A DNA stretch of 61,384 nt from IMG/VR virus record IMGVR_UViG_3300050505_000464; one strand, written 5' to 3'. Positions 9,066-18,946 of this stretch are shown one piece after another; the first letter of the stretch is position 1; every line of letters starts with the position of its first letter. The stretch comes from a virus. The translations under genes were made by a program, and so were the position numbers. The notes under the pieces are model-generated. The model was not told where the DNA came from and made no database searches. It worked only from the letters and a program-made list of their open reading frames with translations.

Positions 9066-9884
9066 TCATCGAGCATCGCCGTCCTCTTTCTTCAGGGCTT
9101 CGTGCAATCGAAAAAAGAAAGAGCATATTTTTGTCGATTCCGAAGAGAAGAGCGGGTGCACGTCCGCCCCGCGCTCGATGAGCGAAGTGACCTGATCGAT
9201 GAGCGGCACCGTGTCGTAGCGCGTGCTCGCCGCCAAGTCGCTCAGCATCGAGCGGTGGCCCGAGCGGTTGGCATTCTGGAGGAAGGCTTCCACCGATGTG
9301 CCCTCTTCGATCTTGTCCACGATGTAGCGGATGCGGACGATGAAGATCATCTCGGCCGGCGTGAGCGCCGGCACCACTGCGAGCGCAGCGCTCGCCCCCG
9401 GAAGCATCAGTCCTCCGTCTTTACACGCCGGGCAGTGATCGAACGCATCCGTCACGACCCAGCCGAGGCTTTCTGCCAAGCGGCTCGCTTGCTTCTCGGT
9501 CGCCATGCCCGGGGACTTGAGCTTGCAGCGATCGCACTGGATGTTGTGGGTGCCCTCGGAGGTCTCCTCCTGATAGTAGGCGCGCGACAGATCGAGCAGG
9601 TGGTCGGCGGGATCGCGCGAGCCCTCGCGTGCAGAGTTGACGACTTTGGTCACGAGGGCATCGGTGCCGCGGGCGAGCGCCACCATGCCGGCTTCGATCT
9701 GGTGCGCCCCGAACATCCCGAGCCCATCGTCGCTCGCGAGATCTTTGCCGGTGACGCGCAGGCGATCGAGGCTCGGTCCGAGATCGGTCGTGACGACGGG
9801 GCCATTGATGCGGCGGTTGCGCTCGGAGAGCGAGGCTCGTTTGCGCTTGGGCTTCTTGGACTTGGGTTTGTTTCTGGAGGCCAT
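9066..9884 (-). CDS. Hypothetical protein, basic N-terminus and CxxC...CxxC finger
   Basis: AGGA RBS; CDRC...GW...HCPAC. Confidence 0.6.
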   Translation of the reverse strand: MASRNKPKSKKPKRKRASLSERNRRINGPVVTTDLGPSLDRLRVTGKDLASDDGLGMFGAHQIEAGMVALARGTDALVTKVVNSAREGSRDPADHLLDLSRAYYQEETSEGTHNIQCDRCKLKSPGMATEKQASRLAESLGWVVTDAFDHCPACKDGGLMLPGASAALAVVPALTPAEMIFIVRIRYIVDKIEEGTSVEAFLQNANRSGHRSMLSDLAASTRYDTVPLIDQVTSLIERGADVHPLFSSESTKICSFFFRLHEALKKEDGDAR

Positions 9885-10538
9885 GGTGAGTCCTAACGGG
9901 TGAGGGTGGCGAGCGCTTTGGCGTCCGCGCGGGATTGCCGGAGCGACTCGGTGAGCGCCGAGTTTTGCTCCTCGAGCTCGGCGATGCGCTGCTTGGCGGC
10001 GATCAGCTCGTAGCGCAGATCGCGCGGGGTCTTGGGTTTTGGTTTGGGTCTTGCCATGAGGTATTGAGAGAAGAAGATGCCGAAGATGGTGCGCTCGGCG
10101 TGAGCGAATTTGGCGCATGCAGCGCAGGGATCGTAAGTGGCAGCCACGGACTCGGTGAGGCGGTCACACCAGCAGAAATTGAGCTTGCACTCGGTGCAAG
10201 TGAAAGTAAGGGTGCTCGGATAGGCGCAGTGGAGCGTACCAGAGATGCAGCAGGGAAGAGTGACGGGGGCGGTCATGGGGGAGGAAATTCGAGGAAGTGC
10301 TTTCTGCGTTGCTGGCGCTTCTTCTCGGTCAGCGCTGCGGCTTCGTCGGGAGATCGATCGAGCCATAGGAATACCCAGACGGCAAAATAGATCCACCAAG
10401 CGAGCGCGAGACCGACAGTGCCCAGCACGATCGCACCGCGCGTCCAGTTGTAGTGGGTGCCGTGCGGATCGCCGAGCCACGCGCCGACGGTGATGCCCGC
10501 GCTGAAGCAGTAAAAGCACAACAGTGGGATCCAGAGGG

Positions 10539-10826
10539 TCATTCGCGGAGCGCTTTCTCTACGGCGGCGATAGCGAGCTTGAGATCTCCGAGCTCGCGTA
10601 GGATCCACTCACGGTTGGACTCGCGCGTCGCGGGATCGAGCTCGGGGTTGCCACCGTCGAGCGCCCAGAGGAGGAGCATTGTGGGAGTCACGTCGGGATG
10701 GTCTGCGCTCTTGCACTCTAAGGCGAGGCGGTTGGTTTTCGAGACCGCTTGCCCGACCTCGTGGCAATCCCCCATGAGCCAAGTGAGTTTGCCCCCGAGG
10801 CTCTTTGGATCGTATCCGGGCTTCAT
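10539..10826 (-). CDS. MazG-like nucleotide pyrophosphohydrolase-family protein
   Basis: LMGDCHEVGQAVSK...NREWILRELGDL resembles phage MazG-like EEcxE...ExGD; first EE altered to GD. Confidence 0.55.
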   Translation of the reverse strand: MKPGYDPKSLGGKLTWLMGDCHEVGQAVSKTNRLALECKSADHPDVTPTMLLLWALDGGNPELDPATRESNREWILRELGDLKLAIAAVEKALRE

Positions 10827-11943
10827 GCGTTCTCCATGTGCCAGTTCTTGGCGATAGGAATGGCGTTGCGTATGCGAGTGAGCTCGCGCTCGAGATCGTC
10901 GACAGCCTCGTCGAGTGACTCGATCCCAGTCGCGCTCAGGCTCTCGATGTGCCAGGTGAAGCCCCAGCTGCCCGGCGGCTCGCGCTCATGCAAGTCCACG
11001 TCGATCCCCCCGAACGACGCCCACCAAAAACCCGTCTCCGGATCCCACTCCATGGGGATACCGAAGAGCCTGGGCTCGTAGTCGGGTCGCGGGAGGGGCT
11101 CGAGTTGCTGGCGGTACTCGGCGGCCTTCGCTGCCACGGCGTCTCGGATAATGCGCAGGATGTAGCCCGCGCAGCCGCCGATCAGGGCGATCAAAGCCAG
11201 GTCGACGAGAGGGTGCGTTTTGGCGAGGGCGAAATGACCGACGCCGGCTGCGATGAGCAGGATTGCGATCCAAAGTGGGAGACGGTTCATGGGATACCGA
11301 GTGCTTTCTTGATCTCTGCCCGCGCGTCCCGCGCGCCTCGCTCGTAGGCCGCCTCGAGCAGGTAGAGGAGGTTTCGTTGGTTGGATTCGGTGTGGGACTG
11401 ATCCCATTGCTTCAGGAACCACTCATTGGTCGGCTGGATGAGCAGGACGTGCGCGTACTCCTTCTCGCGCAGTCGAAACGTCTCGCCGAATGCGTTCTGG
11501 CCACGAATGAGATTGAAGTTTGCGCTTCGGATGGTGTCGTCAGTCATGGGGTAGTTGACTTGTTTTTTTGGGGCAACGTGGTGGTTTTCCATCGCGATAC
11601 TGCCGGTGCTCATGGTGCTCTCTCCCGCACCGCGCGCACTGGGTGCTGACCGGCACGAATGTCCCATCGGGAGTGTGGTCCGCGCACCACCGAGACTGCG
11701 GTAAGGCGCGGGCATTGCAGTCGGTACATGCTCGATACATCATCTCTGCCGGACCTTCCTCTCAAACCACCCGCAGCGGTGGCAGTAGCTCGCCCCGGTG
11801 ACACTTTCGGTGATCCGGATCTTCCGCCCTGAGCAGCGAGGACTTTGGCAGAAGAGCTTTGAAGCGGAGCGCTTCAACTCCGGCATGCCGCCGCCGATGG
11901 CGGCGAGCGCCGCGATCGTATTCAAGAGATCGCTCCGGGCCAT

Positions 11944-12306
11944 TCAGTAGTCCGTCGTGCACAGAAAGCCGCGACCCTGCTGGTCGGCCCAGTCGCGCGC
12001 GGTCAGCACTTTCAACTCGATCGCGTCCGTGCCGTCTTCTTCGTCGACCGGCGCGATCTCTCCCGCATACGGCCCCAGCACCCAGACGCGGATTGAGATC
12101 GCTTGCTCGTCCGAAACTCGCTGGAACTCGAGCGGGTCGAACGAATCGATATCCCCGATGTGCTCGGCGTAGACGAGCGCTGCGTCGTCGGCGTCGCGCG
12201 CCACGACCCAGATCGAGTCCTGATCCCAGTAGACGTGGAGAGTGGGATCGATCGGCATGTCCTTGCCACAGATCGGGCGGGTAGCAAGAGGGTTTAGTTC
12301 GGTCAT
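11944..12306 (-). CDS. Acidic hypothetical protein, paralog of 17088-17447
   Basis: WVVARDADDAA...EFQRVSD...GRGFLCTTDY. Confidence 0.65.
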   Translation of the reverse strand: MTELNPLATRPICGKDMPIDPTLHVYWDQDSIWVVARDADDAALVYAEHIGDIDSFDPLEFQRVSDEQAISIRVWVLGPYAGEIAPVDEEDGTDAIELKVLTARDWADQQGRGFLCTTDY

Positions 12307-12599
12307 AGGGTGACTTTTGGTAATGGAAGCTCGGGGTATGGATTTGGCGTGAGTGGAGGCGTCGCATAGCTTGCGTAGCTGTTGTCTTCGCGGCCAGCCT
12401 CGTAGCCTTCTTGCCAGGCCATGTGACGGCTGTGCGCCTCGAAGTCGGCGAGCAACTGAGCGGCATCGATCCCCTCTTGGGGGATGCCGCGCTCGGCTCC
12501 GGTTTCGAGCCACGGCTCAAGATCATCGAGCGCGGTGTTCCAGCAGATGAGCTCGTAGGCGAGCACGCGATGCGCGCGGGTGACGAAGGCGTGACTCAT
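12303..12599 (-). CDS. Hypothetical protein
   Basis: AWQEGYEAG...NPY motif; coupled ORF. Confidence 0.55.
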   Translation of the reverse strand: MSHAFVTRAHRVLAYELICWNTALDDLEPWLETGAERGIPQEGIDAAQLLADFEAHSRHMAWQEGYEAGREDNSYASYATPPLTPNPYPELPLPKVTL

Positions 12600-13516
12600 G
12601 CGTCTCTTCTCCAGATGAAATGCCGCGTGAAGTAGCTGAGCGCGTAGATCTCGGTGCCGAAGCCCTTCCGATACGCTCGCACGATCGAGTAGTCGTCGTG
12701 CAACTTTTCAACGTCGACCACCTCGACTTCGTCCGACCCATGACGCGGCATCCAGATGCTGCCGATCGACACGGGTGGATCGATGGGAGGCGCAGGTTTG
12801 AGGTCGAACAAATAGGCCTTGCACGGCGCTCCGTCGGCGAGTTTCACCATGAAGAACGGCAGCCCTTCGGGTCCTGGCTCGAATCCGTTATTCACCACCA
12901 CCCCGAACACCGGCGACTCCGCCTGATTGCCGACGAGCGTCACCCGCTCGTCGATGCGCGGGATCCAGCGAGTGAGTTGGGCGGAGCTTGGACAGAGGGG
13001 CGTTCCGTCGAGCGCCGTCGCAAAAAATCGGCCGGTGAGTTTTGAAAACTCACCCAGTTGTACGATGATGCTGCTGATCTCCGTGTACCTAGACCAATCG
13101 CCTGGCTTGGGCTCCCAGCACGAGGTCTTCTGCGCCGCTTCATGCGGCTGAGATCCTAGCCCTTCGCTCGTGAGGGGCGATTTATAGCGCGCGGGGCACC
13201 ATGAGGCGTAAGTGCCTGCTGCGGGCTTGGGGCCGATCTGAAAGCCAGGAAGAAATTGCACGCCCACGGTCGGTCCGATCGCGGGGCGCCAGGTGAGCCC
13301 GCAGTGCTGGCACACGTGCGTGTGATGGGGCTTCTCCGCGAACTCCCCTTCGTCGATGTGGAGCTGGCCGCAGCCTTCGCAGACGAGGCGCATGGGGATT
13401 GGCCGCGTGAGCTCTTCAAGATAGGCGATCAGGTCACTTCGTGACTGCCCGGCAGGAAAAAACGTCTCGGCGGCAAGGCGCAGGAATTTCAGTGATTGGG
13501 CGGTGGTCTTGCTCAT
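12596..13516 (-). CDS. Multidomain hypothetical protein (Zn-ribbon plus SH3-like modules)
   Basis: CEGCGQLHID...HHTHVCQHCG motif. Confidence 0.65.
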   Translation of the reverse strand: MSKTTAQSLKFLRLAAETFFPAGQSRSDLIAYLEELTRPIPMRLVCEGCGQLHIDEGEFAEKPHHTHVCQHCGLTWRPAIGPTVGVQFLPGFQIGPKPAAGTYASWCPARYKSPLTSEGLGSQPHEAAQKTSCWEPKPGDWSRYTEISSIIVQLGEFSKLTGRFFATALDGTPLCPSSAQLTRWIPRIDERVTLVGNQAESPVFGVVVNNGFEPGPEGLPFFMVKLADGAPCKAYLFDLKPAPPIDPPVSIGSIWMPRHGSDEVEVVDVEKLHDDYSIVRAYRKGFGTEIYALSYFTRHFIWRRDA

Positions 13517-13772
13517 AGGTCGAGATCCTCTCGGTCGAGTGCTTCTTCGAAGCGGTGGGCGAGCGCTTCGAGCATGACGATGGTGTCGGCGCGCTGGGGA
13601 GACATCGTGACGCTGATCTTCAAAAACTCGATCGCGTCGCGGATCACCTTCGGCGGCGAGAAGCAGTCCTCCGCGCCTTCGGCGGGCGAGATAGGAGCGG
13701 TGAGCTCGGAGAGCGCTCGGGAGTAGAGTGCGGCCTGCTCTTCGGCCGCGTCGAGCATTTGTTCGGTGACGC

Positions 13773-14939
13773 TCACTTCTTGTCTTTCGGCGGCGGCGAC
13801 GGGATGACGGCGATGAGCTGCAACATCGCCGATAGGGTTTCGTTCTTGAGGAAGAGCGCTTCCTGTCCTCCGATCACATCGAAGTACAGATCGATCTCGG
13901 TCGGTTGGAACGCCCGCAACGCCGCCGACAAGAGTCCCGCGTCGACATGCAGCTGGAATTTCCCAGGGGCCGCGTCCGAGACGATGAGCTCGTCCTCGCC
14001 CTGGCTCCGCTTGCTCTCCTTCGTGCGGATCACGACCTCCCCTTCGTTGGCAATCACGTCGATCTGCACGAACCGCTCCGCGCCCTCGACGAAGTCTGCC
14101 GCGACCGACACCGCCTTCACGCTCGACAGGAACGCCTCGCTCGAGACCCGGAAGCGCTTCTGCGTCGGCGCGCTCTTCAAGATCTGACGCCACACCTCCG
14201 GCATCTGCGTCTGCAGCTGTCCGGCGATGATGAGGGTATCGGGTGTCGAGACGAAGATCTTTTGCTCGTCGGCAGACAGGGTGAGGATGGCCTCCTTCGG
14301 TAGCGCTCCTACCGCCTCGAGGAGGTTCTTGGGGAGGAGGCATTCGCGCGCGCTCTCGCCGCCATGGCGATCGGTAAACCAGCCGGTCGCGACGGCGAAG
14401 GCATAGCGGCCGAGCGAGACGAGCTGGAAGATCTTGTCGTCACCGGGCACGAGGAGAATCCCCTGCGTCAAGTCGCTCGAGATCGCAAACTCCGTTTCGC
14501 TTGCGGACTGCTGCAAGATCTTGGCTTCGACAGAATAGAGGGCCTCACCTGGCCGCTGCTTGAGCAGCGGTGGGAAGTCGACGGGGTCGAGCCCCGTCAT
14601 CGCGAATTTGCGCTTCGATGAGCTCGACCGGATGCTGGTCTTGAAGTCGGCAGCGACCGTGATCTCGATCAAGCCTGGTGGCATGTTGTCGATGCGCTGG
14701 AGCAAATCGCGGTAAGTGAGGACTGCGCTCCCCGGCTCTTTCACCTCGCCGAGGTCGAACTTCTGCACGACCGCGAGCTGGCCGTCCGTCGCGCCAATGG
14801 TGAGCTTGGGCTCGCCCGCTGTCGTGCTGGCGACGATGAGGACGCCTTTCTGCACGGAGAGCATCGTGTTGGGATCGATGGCGCTGCCGGCGCGCTTGAG
14901 GACGGTGAGCAGATCTTGACGGTTGACGACGATTTGCAT
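13773..14939 (-). CDS. dnaN: DNA polymerase III beta sliding clamp
   Basis: 388 aa; MQIVVNRQDLLTVLKR, LTIGATDG, EPGSAVL, DFPPL and three-domain pattern typical of DnaN. Confidence 0.85.
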   Translation of the reverse strand: MQIVVNRQDLLTVLKRAGSAIDPNTMLSVQKGVLIVASTTAGEPKLTIGATDGQLAVVQKFDLGEVKEPGSAVLTYRDLLQRIDNMPPGLIEITVAADFKTSIRSSSSKRKFAMTGLDPVDFPPLLKQRPGEALYSVEAKILQQSASETEFAISSDLTQGILLVPGDDKIFQLVSLGRYAFAVATGWFTDRHGGESARECLLPKNLLEAVGALPKEAILTLSADEQKIFVSTPDTLIIAGQLQTQMPEVWRQILKSAPTQKRFRVSSEAFLSSVKAVSVAADFVEGAERFVQIDVIANEGEVVIRTKESKRSQGEDELIVSDAAPGKFQLHVDAGLLSAALRAFQPTEIDLYFDVIGGQEALFLKNETLSAMLQLIAVIPSPPPKDKK

Positions 14940-14973
14940 GGGGCTCCAGAGAAAAAAAAGAACGTTCTATTTT

Positions 14974-15486
14974 TTAGAGAGAGGAGGCGTCGAGATCGAC
15001 GCGCGAGATGATGCGGCAGCCCCAGGCGTGGGAGATGAGGCCGTCGCCTTGGACGTTGATGTGGGCTCGCGATGGGTTTTCCTCGGGATACTTCGCGCGG
15101 GCATAGTCGAGGAAGCGTTGCTCGAGGGCGTGCCTCGCAGACCAGTACGCCGTGTACTTGTCGGCGTGCTCCTTCGAGCAGAATACATCACTGCCGTCGC
15201 GATACGCTTCGGGTAAGCTGACCCGTTTTTCGCACTCGCAACAGCTAAACGACCAACCATGCTCAAGACACCAGGAGAGCAAATCGCCCTCGAAAGTGTC
15301 GAGGGTCTTGAAACGCTCGCACTCGACGCTGTCCCAATCGGAGTCGAGCACGTTGGCGCCGTAGCGGCGCGCCTCGGCGTGGCAGCGCGCCCACACGAAG
15401 ACAGTGTAGCCCTCGTAGTCGAGGGTGACCTTGTAGCATTTGTCGCCTTCTGGGTGGGCGAGGTAGCCGAGGTCCATCGTGGTCAT
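14974..15486 (-). CDS. Conserved-type phage protein with Zn motif
   Basis: VFVWARCHAEARRYGA...HGWSFSCCECE...VFCS. Confidence 0.6.
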   Translation of the reverse strand: MTTMDLGYLAHPEGDKCYKVTLDYEGYTVFVWARCHAEARRYGANVLDSDWDSVECERFKTLDTFEGDLLSWCLEHGWSFSCCECEKRVSLPEAYRDGSDVFCSKEHADKYTAYWSARHALEQRFLDYARAKYPEENPSRAHINVQGDGLISHAWGCRIISRVDLDASSL

Positions 15487-15683
15487 CGTTTTTCGTTCAC
15501 GAGTTGCGAGAGAGCCATGATCTCGCTCGTGACTTGCGCCTGCAGTTGCTCGATGCGGTGGATGAGGTAGAGCACGCGCGCGTGGTGGCAGCGATCGCAA
15601 AAGCGCCGGCCGGGTTTTGTCGGGGAGCCGCAGAAGACGAGATCGCCCCCCTCGGATTCTGCAGGAAAGCCGACGCAGCTCAT
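15483..15683 (-). CDS. Small Zn-finger plus coiled-coil protein
   Basis: C...CG...FCDRC then heptads. Confidence 0.55.
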   Translation of the reverse strand: MSCVGFPAESEGGDLVFCGSPTKPGRRFCDRCHHARVLYLIHRIEQLQAQVTSEIMALSQLVNEKR

Positions 15684-15898
15684 CGGGGGACGCCTTCGGC
15701 GAGGAGTGCTTCGTAGGCAGCCTTCGCGACCATGTATTCGGCCTCTTTGGTCTGGAGACGCTGCCGCGCTTGCGGGAGTTTTTCTGGTCGGCAGGCGAGG
15801 CAGTAGGTGTTGTTCGGGAGGGTAACGTTGCCGCACGTGTAAAAGTCAGTGTGGTCGGGGAGTCGGTTTTTGCAGAAGTTGGGTTTGGGCTGGGTCAT
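15680..15898 (-). CDS. Small Zn-finger plus coiled-coil protein
   Basis: C...CG...YCLAC then heptads. Confidence 0.55.
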   Translation of the reverse strand: MTQPKPNFCKNRLPDHTDFYTCGNVTLPNNTYCLACRPEKLPQARQRLQTKEAEYMVAKAAYEALLAEGVPR

Positions 15899-16242
15899 GC
15901 GGGCTCGCTCTCTTTCACCGGCGCGCTCGCGCGCCAGGCCTTCCGAAACTCTCGTTGATACGCCGTGTCCGCACCGAACCATTCCTTCAACTCGCGCCGC
16001 ATCGTGCCTGCGCCAAAGGGCAACTCTCGGCCCATCGCAAGCTCGGCCACGCGGTGGCAGTTGAGGATGCGCTCGCACTCGAGGCAGAGCACGTAGCGCG
16101 ACCATTTGCCGCGGTCGAAGGTGTTGAGGTAGATGTACGTCTGGCCCTTCGAGATGGGGTCGGCGCACTCGGCGCAGTCGTGAGCGCGTCGCGCCTTCTG
16201 GCGGTGCACGGTGCCGGGCCGGCGCGTGGCGTCGTCAGACAT
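15895..16242 (-). CDS. Phage Zn-binding protein (KARxxHxCxEC type), paralog 1
   Basis: KARRAHDCAECADPISKGQTY...CLEC. Confidence 0.65.
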   Translation of the reverse strand: MSDDATRRPGTVHRQKARRAHDCAECADPISKGQTYIYLNTFDRGKWSRYVLCLECERILNCHRVAELAMGRELPFGAGTMRRELKEWFGADTAYQREFRKAWRASAPVKESEPA

Positions 16243-16697
16243 GACTGAGATCTTCCCGTTCGCGCAGCTTGTCTCGTCCTTCGGACGTGATCCAAAAGCC
16301 GTAGCGCCGGATGTCCCAGTCGCCGGCCTTCGCCAGCCCGAAGGATTCGAGGGCGCGGAGCGTGCGGAGGTTCTTTTGGGGAAAGAACCAGCAGTTGTCG
16401 ACGTTGTCGTTGGGCTCGGCGAGCTCAGCGAGCAGGCGCCATTGAGCGGGGGTGAGGTTCATGTGGGGCCCCCGAGGCCCTGCCAGAGGTCGATCTCTTC
16501 CTCGGTCGCCTTGCGCGACGAGTGCCCAAACGATCCCCACCACTCTCCGCCCTCGCGGTGCGCGGTCGCCCCTCCGTCCATGACATAGGTCATGCCGCAG
16601 TAAACAAACGTGTAGAGCCCACGCTCCCGCGCGAACACCTCCACCTCGCGCAAGCGCTCGAGAGAGAAGTGCGTGGAGGCGCCCGGTGGCAGGTGGT

Positions 16698-17084
16698 TCA
16701 TCCCATCACCGTCGAGTAGCGATAACGGTCAACAGGCGGAGGGGGCTTCTTCGGCACAGGCTGCCCCTTCCACGCCGCCCGGAACGCCACCACGTAGTGC
16801 GGCTCCTCTCGGATGCACTCCCTCACCGTCTCGAGCAGCTGGCCGACGTAGTAGCTCGAGTTGCCGTTCATGGAATGTTCGGCGGCCGCGTGCGCCCGCT
16901 CCACCGCGTGGCACTTGTGGCAGGCGGCCCAGTCGCCCCAGTGCCCGTCCGTGAGCGATGAGCAGCGGACGTAGGACGTGCCCGGGGCGATGAGGCGCCG
17001 GCACTCAGCGCAGTGATGCGCCTTGCGCGCTTTGCGCGTCACCGCGGCCGTGACAGCGGGCTCCCAGTCGACTCCTTCGCACAT
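16698..17084 (-). CDS. Phage Zn-binding protein (KARxxHxCxEC type), paralog 2
   Basis: KARKAHHCAECRRLIAPGTSY...CHKC. Confidence 0.65.
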   Translation of the reverse strand: MCEGVDWEPAVTAAVTRKARKAHHCAECRRLIAPGTSYVRCSSLTDGHWGDWAACHKCHAVERAHAAAEHSMNGNSSYYVGQLLETVRECIREEPHYVVAFRAAWKGQPVPKKPPPPVDRYRYSTVMG

Positions 17085-17087
17085 GAC

Positions 17088-17447
17088 TCATTCTTCCGTA
17101 GATGCGAGATACCCTACCCCGAACTGCTCCACGAGCTCGGCGGCGCTCCAGGTGTCGAATTCGGGCGTGCGCCCGCGCTCACGCTCGGCAGCGAGATCGG
17201 CAAGCGTCATCGGGCTGAGGTGACAGGCGGTGTCGTCCGCGTCGAGGTAGATCTCGATGAGCTCGCCATCCGGTAGCCGCTCGAACTCCCTCTCGTCGGC
17301 GAGATCGTCGAAGTGATCCATCCAGAAGCTGGCAGCATCATTCGCAGTACGCGCCACGACGTAGTCACCCTTGCCGAAGAATAGAAAGAGGGGCGTTGCC
17401 TTCGGAGAAGGGATCTTGAAGGCGGGGGGACGGGTCGATTCGGTCAT
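17088..17447 (-). CDS. Acidic hypothetical protein, paralog of 11944-12306
   Basis: YVVARTANDAA...EFERLPD...GVGYLASTEE. Confidence 0.65.
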   Translation of the reverse strand: MTESTRPPAFKIPSPKATPLFLFFGKGDYVVARTANDAASFWMDHFDDLADEREFERLPDGELIEIYLDADDTACHLSPMTLADLAAERERGRTPEFDTWSAAELVEQFGVGYLASTEE

Positions 17448-17680
17448 GGCTTGGCTTTCGGGAGGGGTTGGAGAGTGCAGGGATCGATGCCCGCCTCGCG
17501 GCATTCGCGCTCGTGATTCTGGACGACGCGGCGGTCGTCGCTTCGCTGGCAGTTACGACACGTGGCGCTCTCGATCGAGACGGTACGGAGATCGATGACC
17601 GCGATGCTGCCATCGGAAAAACGGAGACCGCAATAAGTGCGCTGACCGCCCGCCGTGGGGATGTGCGTTTTCTTGGCCAT
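17444..17680 (-). CDS. Small His/Cys finger protein, first gene of leftward arm
   Basis: TH...YCG...ATCRNC. Confidence 0.55.
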   Translation of the reverse strand: MAKKTHIPTAGGQRTYCGLRFSDGSIAVIDLRTVSIESATCRNCQRSDDRRVVQNHERECREAGIDPCTLQPLPKAKP

Positions 17681-17743
17681 CGGGTGAGTGCTACGCCTGC
17701 GGCTCCGGCGATCTCCCCCGGGGGAAGCTCATTTGCCACGACG

Positions 17744-17773
17744 TTGACATCACCGTGATAGCAGTGCTAGCTT
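17744..17773 (+). promoter_or_regulatory. Promoter with overlapping palindromic operator in divergent region
   Basis: TTGACA-18bp-TAGCTT with TGn extension; palindrome ATCACCGTGAT 17749-17759. Confidence 0.6.
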
Positions 17774-17836
17774 CGGCCGTCGAGACAGAAAAGCAAGGCG
17801 GGAAGATCTCCCCGACTCGCTCCGTAGGAACCAAAC

Positions 17837-18091
17837 ATGACGAGCGATCCCCAAGACCCTGACTACGATCCCGACCCAGAGCTAGAAGCGCTCGATGGTA
17901 TCCGAGCGGAGATCACCGCTCTGTCGACCTGGCCCCTCGACAAGCGCGAGACCTTCGCGGCCTTTGCGCTGATGGGGCTCACGAGCCGGCTCCAGCCGCT
18001 CCAGGTCAACGACTCAAACGCTCAGACGCTCGTGGTCTCCCTCGCCAAGAAGCTCGGCGAGGACATGGCCCAGGCAATGGAGAAAAAATGA
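17837..18091 (+). CDS. Hypothetical protein
   Basis: AGGA RBS; KRETFAAFALMGL resembles the common phage REyFAaxAMqG motif. Confidence 0.6.
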   Translation: MTSDPQDPDYDPDPELEALDGIRAEITALSTWPLDKRETFAAFALMGLTSRLQPLQVNDSNAQTLVVSLAKKLGEDMAQAMEKK

Positions 18092-18592
18092 GGATCTCGG
18101 TCGAGCTCGGCGGCGTCACCGAAGACACATCCCCCGGCATACGGATCGCGCTGGTCGACGACCGCGGCGTCGTGCACATCACCTATACCAGGAGCATCGC
18201 CTGGCGCTTGGGCTCGAGTGAGCGCCCCGGCGATCTCGTGGTGATGGTCGAGGGGCGTACGGGCGGCTACCTCGCCTCGCGCTGTTGGGTGCTGCCTGAT
18301 GACGTGCTCGAGATGGCGAGCGAGGAGCCATGAGTACGTTCCTATCGAGCGTGGGTGCGGCGCTCGGTCTCCGGTTGCCGCTCCCCGGTGGGGAGTACGC
18401 ATCGGAGCCAATGGCTGGGGATCCGTGGCCGGAGCTGCATCACCCGCTACATGTTTTTGTCGTCGACGTGAAGCGGCGCCAGGTCCTGTATCGGGTAGGA
18501 GCGAAAAATGGACCGCTCACGCAGTCCTCGGCTTCGATATTTGCGATGATCTATCCGCGCAAGATCGCGCTCCACCGGGACGCCCTCCCGCC

Positions 18593-18946
18593 GTGAGCGA
18601 TCCCGTCGACCGAGCTCTCTTCGAGCTCCGCCTGAAGAAAGCTGCGCCCCGCGTGCCGCAATACATCAAGCTGCGCCACGCGCTCTCGGGGGCCGAGAAG
18701 GTGGTCGAATACCTCGGCATGACCGGCGAGCCGCTCCGGGCGCAGATCCACTGGCCCATCGCCGGCGACTACCTGATCGCGCCCCGCTCCGGCACGATCA
18801 TCGGATCGGGAAAGCTCGCCGAGCGCTTGCGTCCCTGGCGCGTCGTGCCGGAGCATCAGGGATTCTTGAGGCAAGAGTACAGGCGGGCGCGCGCCCGCGT
18901 GCCGCAACGGCCGAAGCGCATTGAGGGTCTTGCCAAATGTCGTTGA
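18593..18946 (+). CDS. Hypothetical protein
   Basis: GTGA-coupled in a chain with 18088-18333 and 18330-18596. Confidence 0.5.
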   Translation: MSDPVDRALFELRLKKAAPRVPQYIKLRHALSGAEKVVEYLGMTGEPLRAQIHWPIAGDYLIAPRSGTIIGSGKLAERLRPWRVVPEHQGFLRQEYRRARARVPQRPKRIEGLAKCR

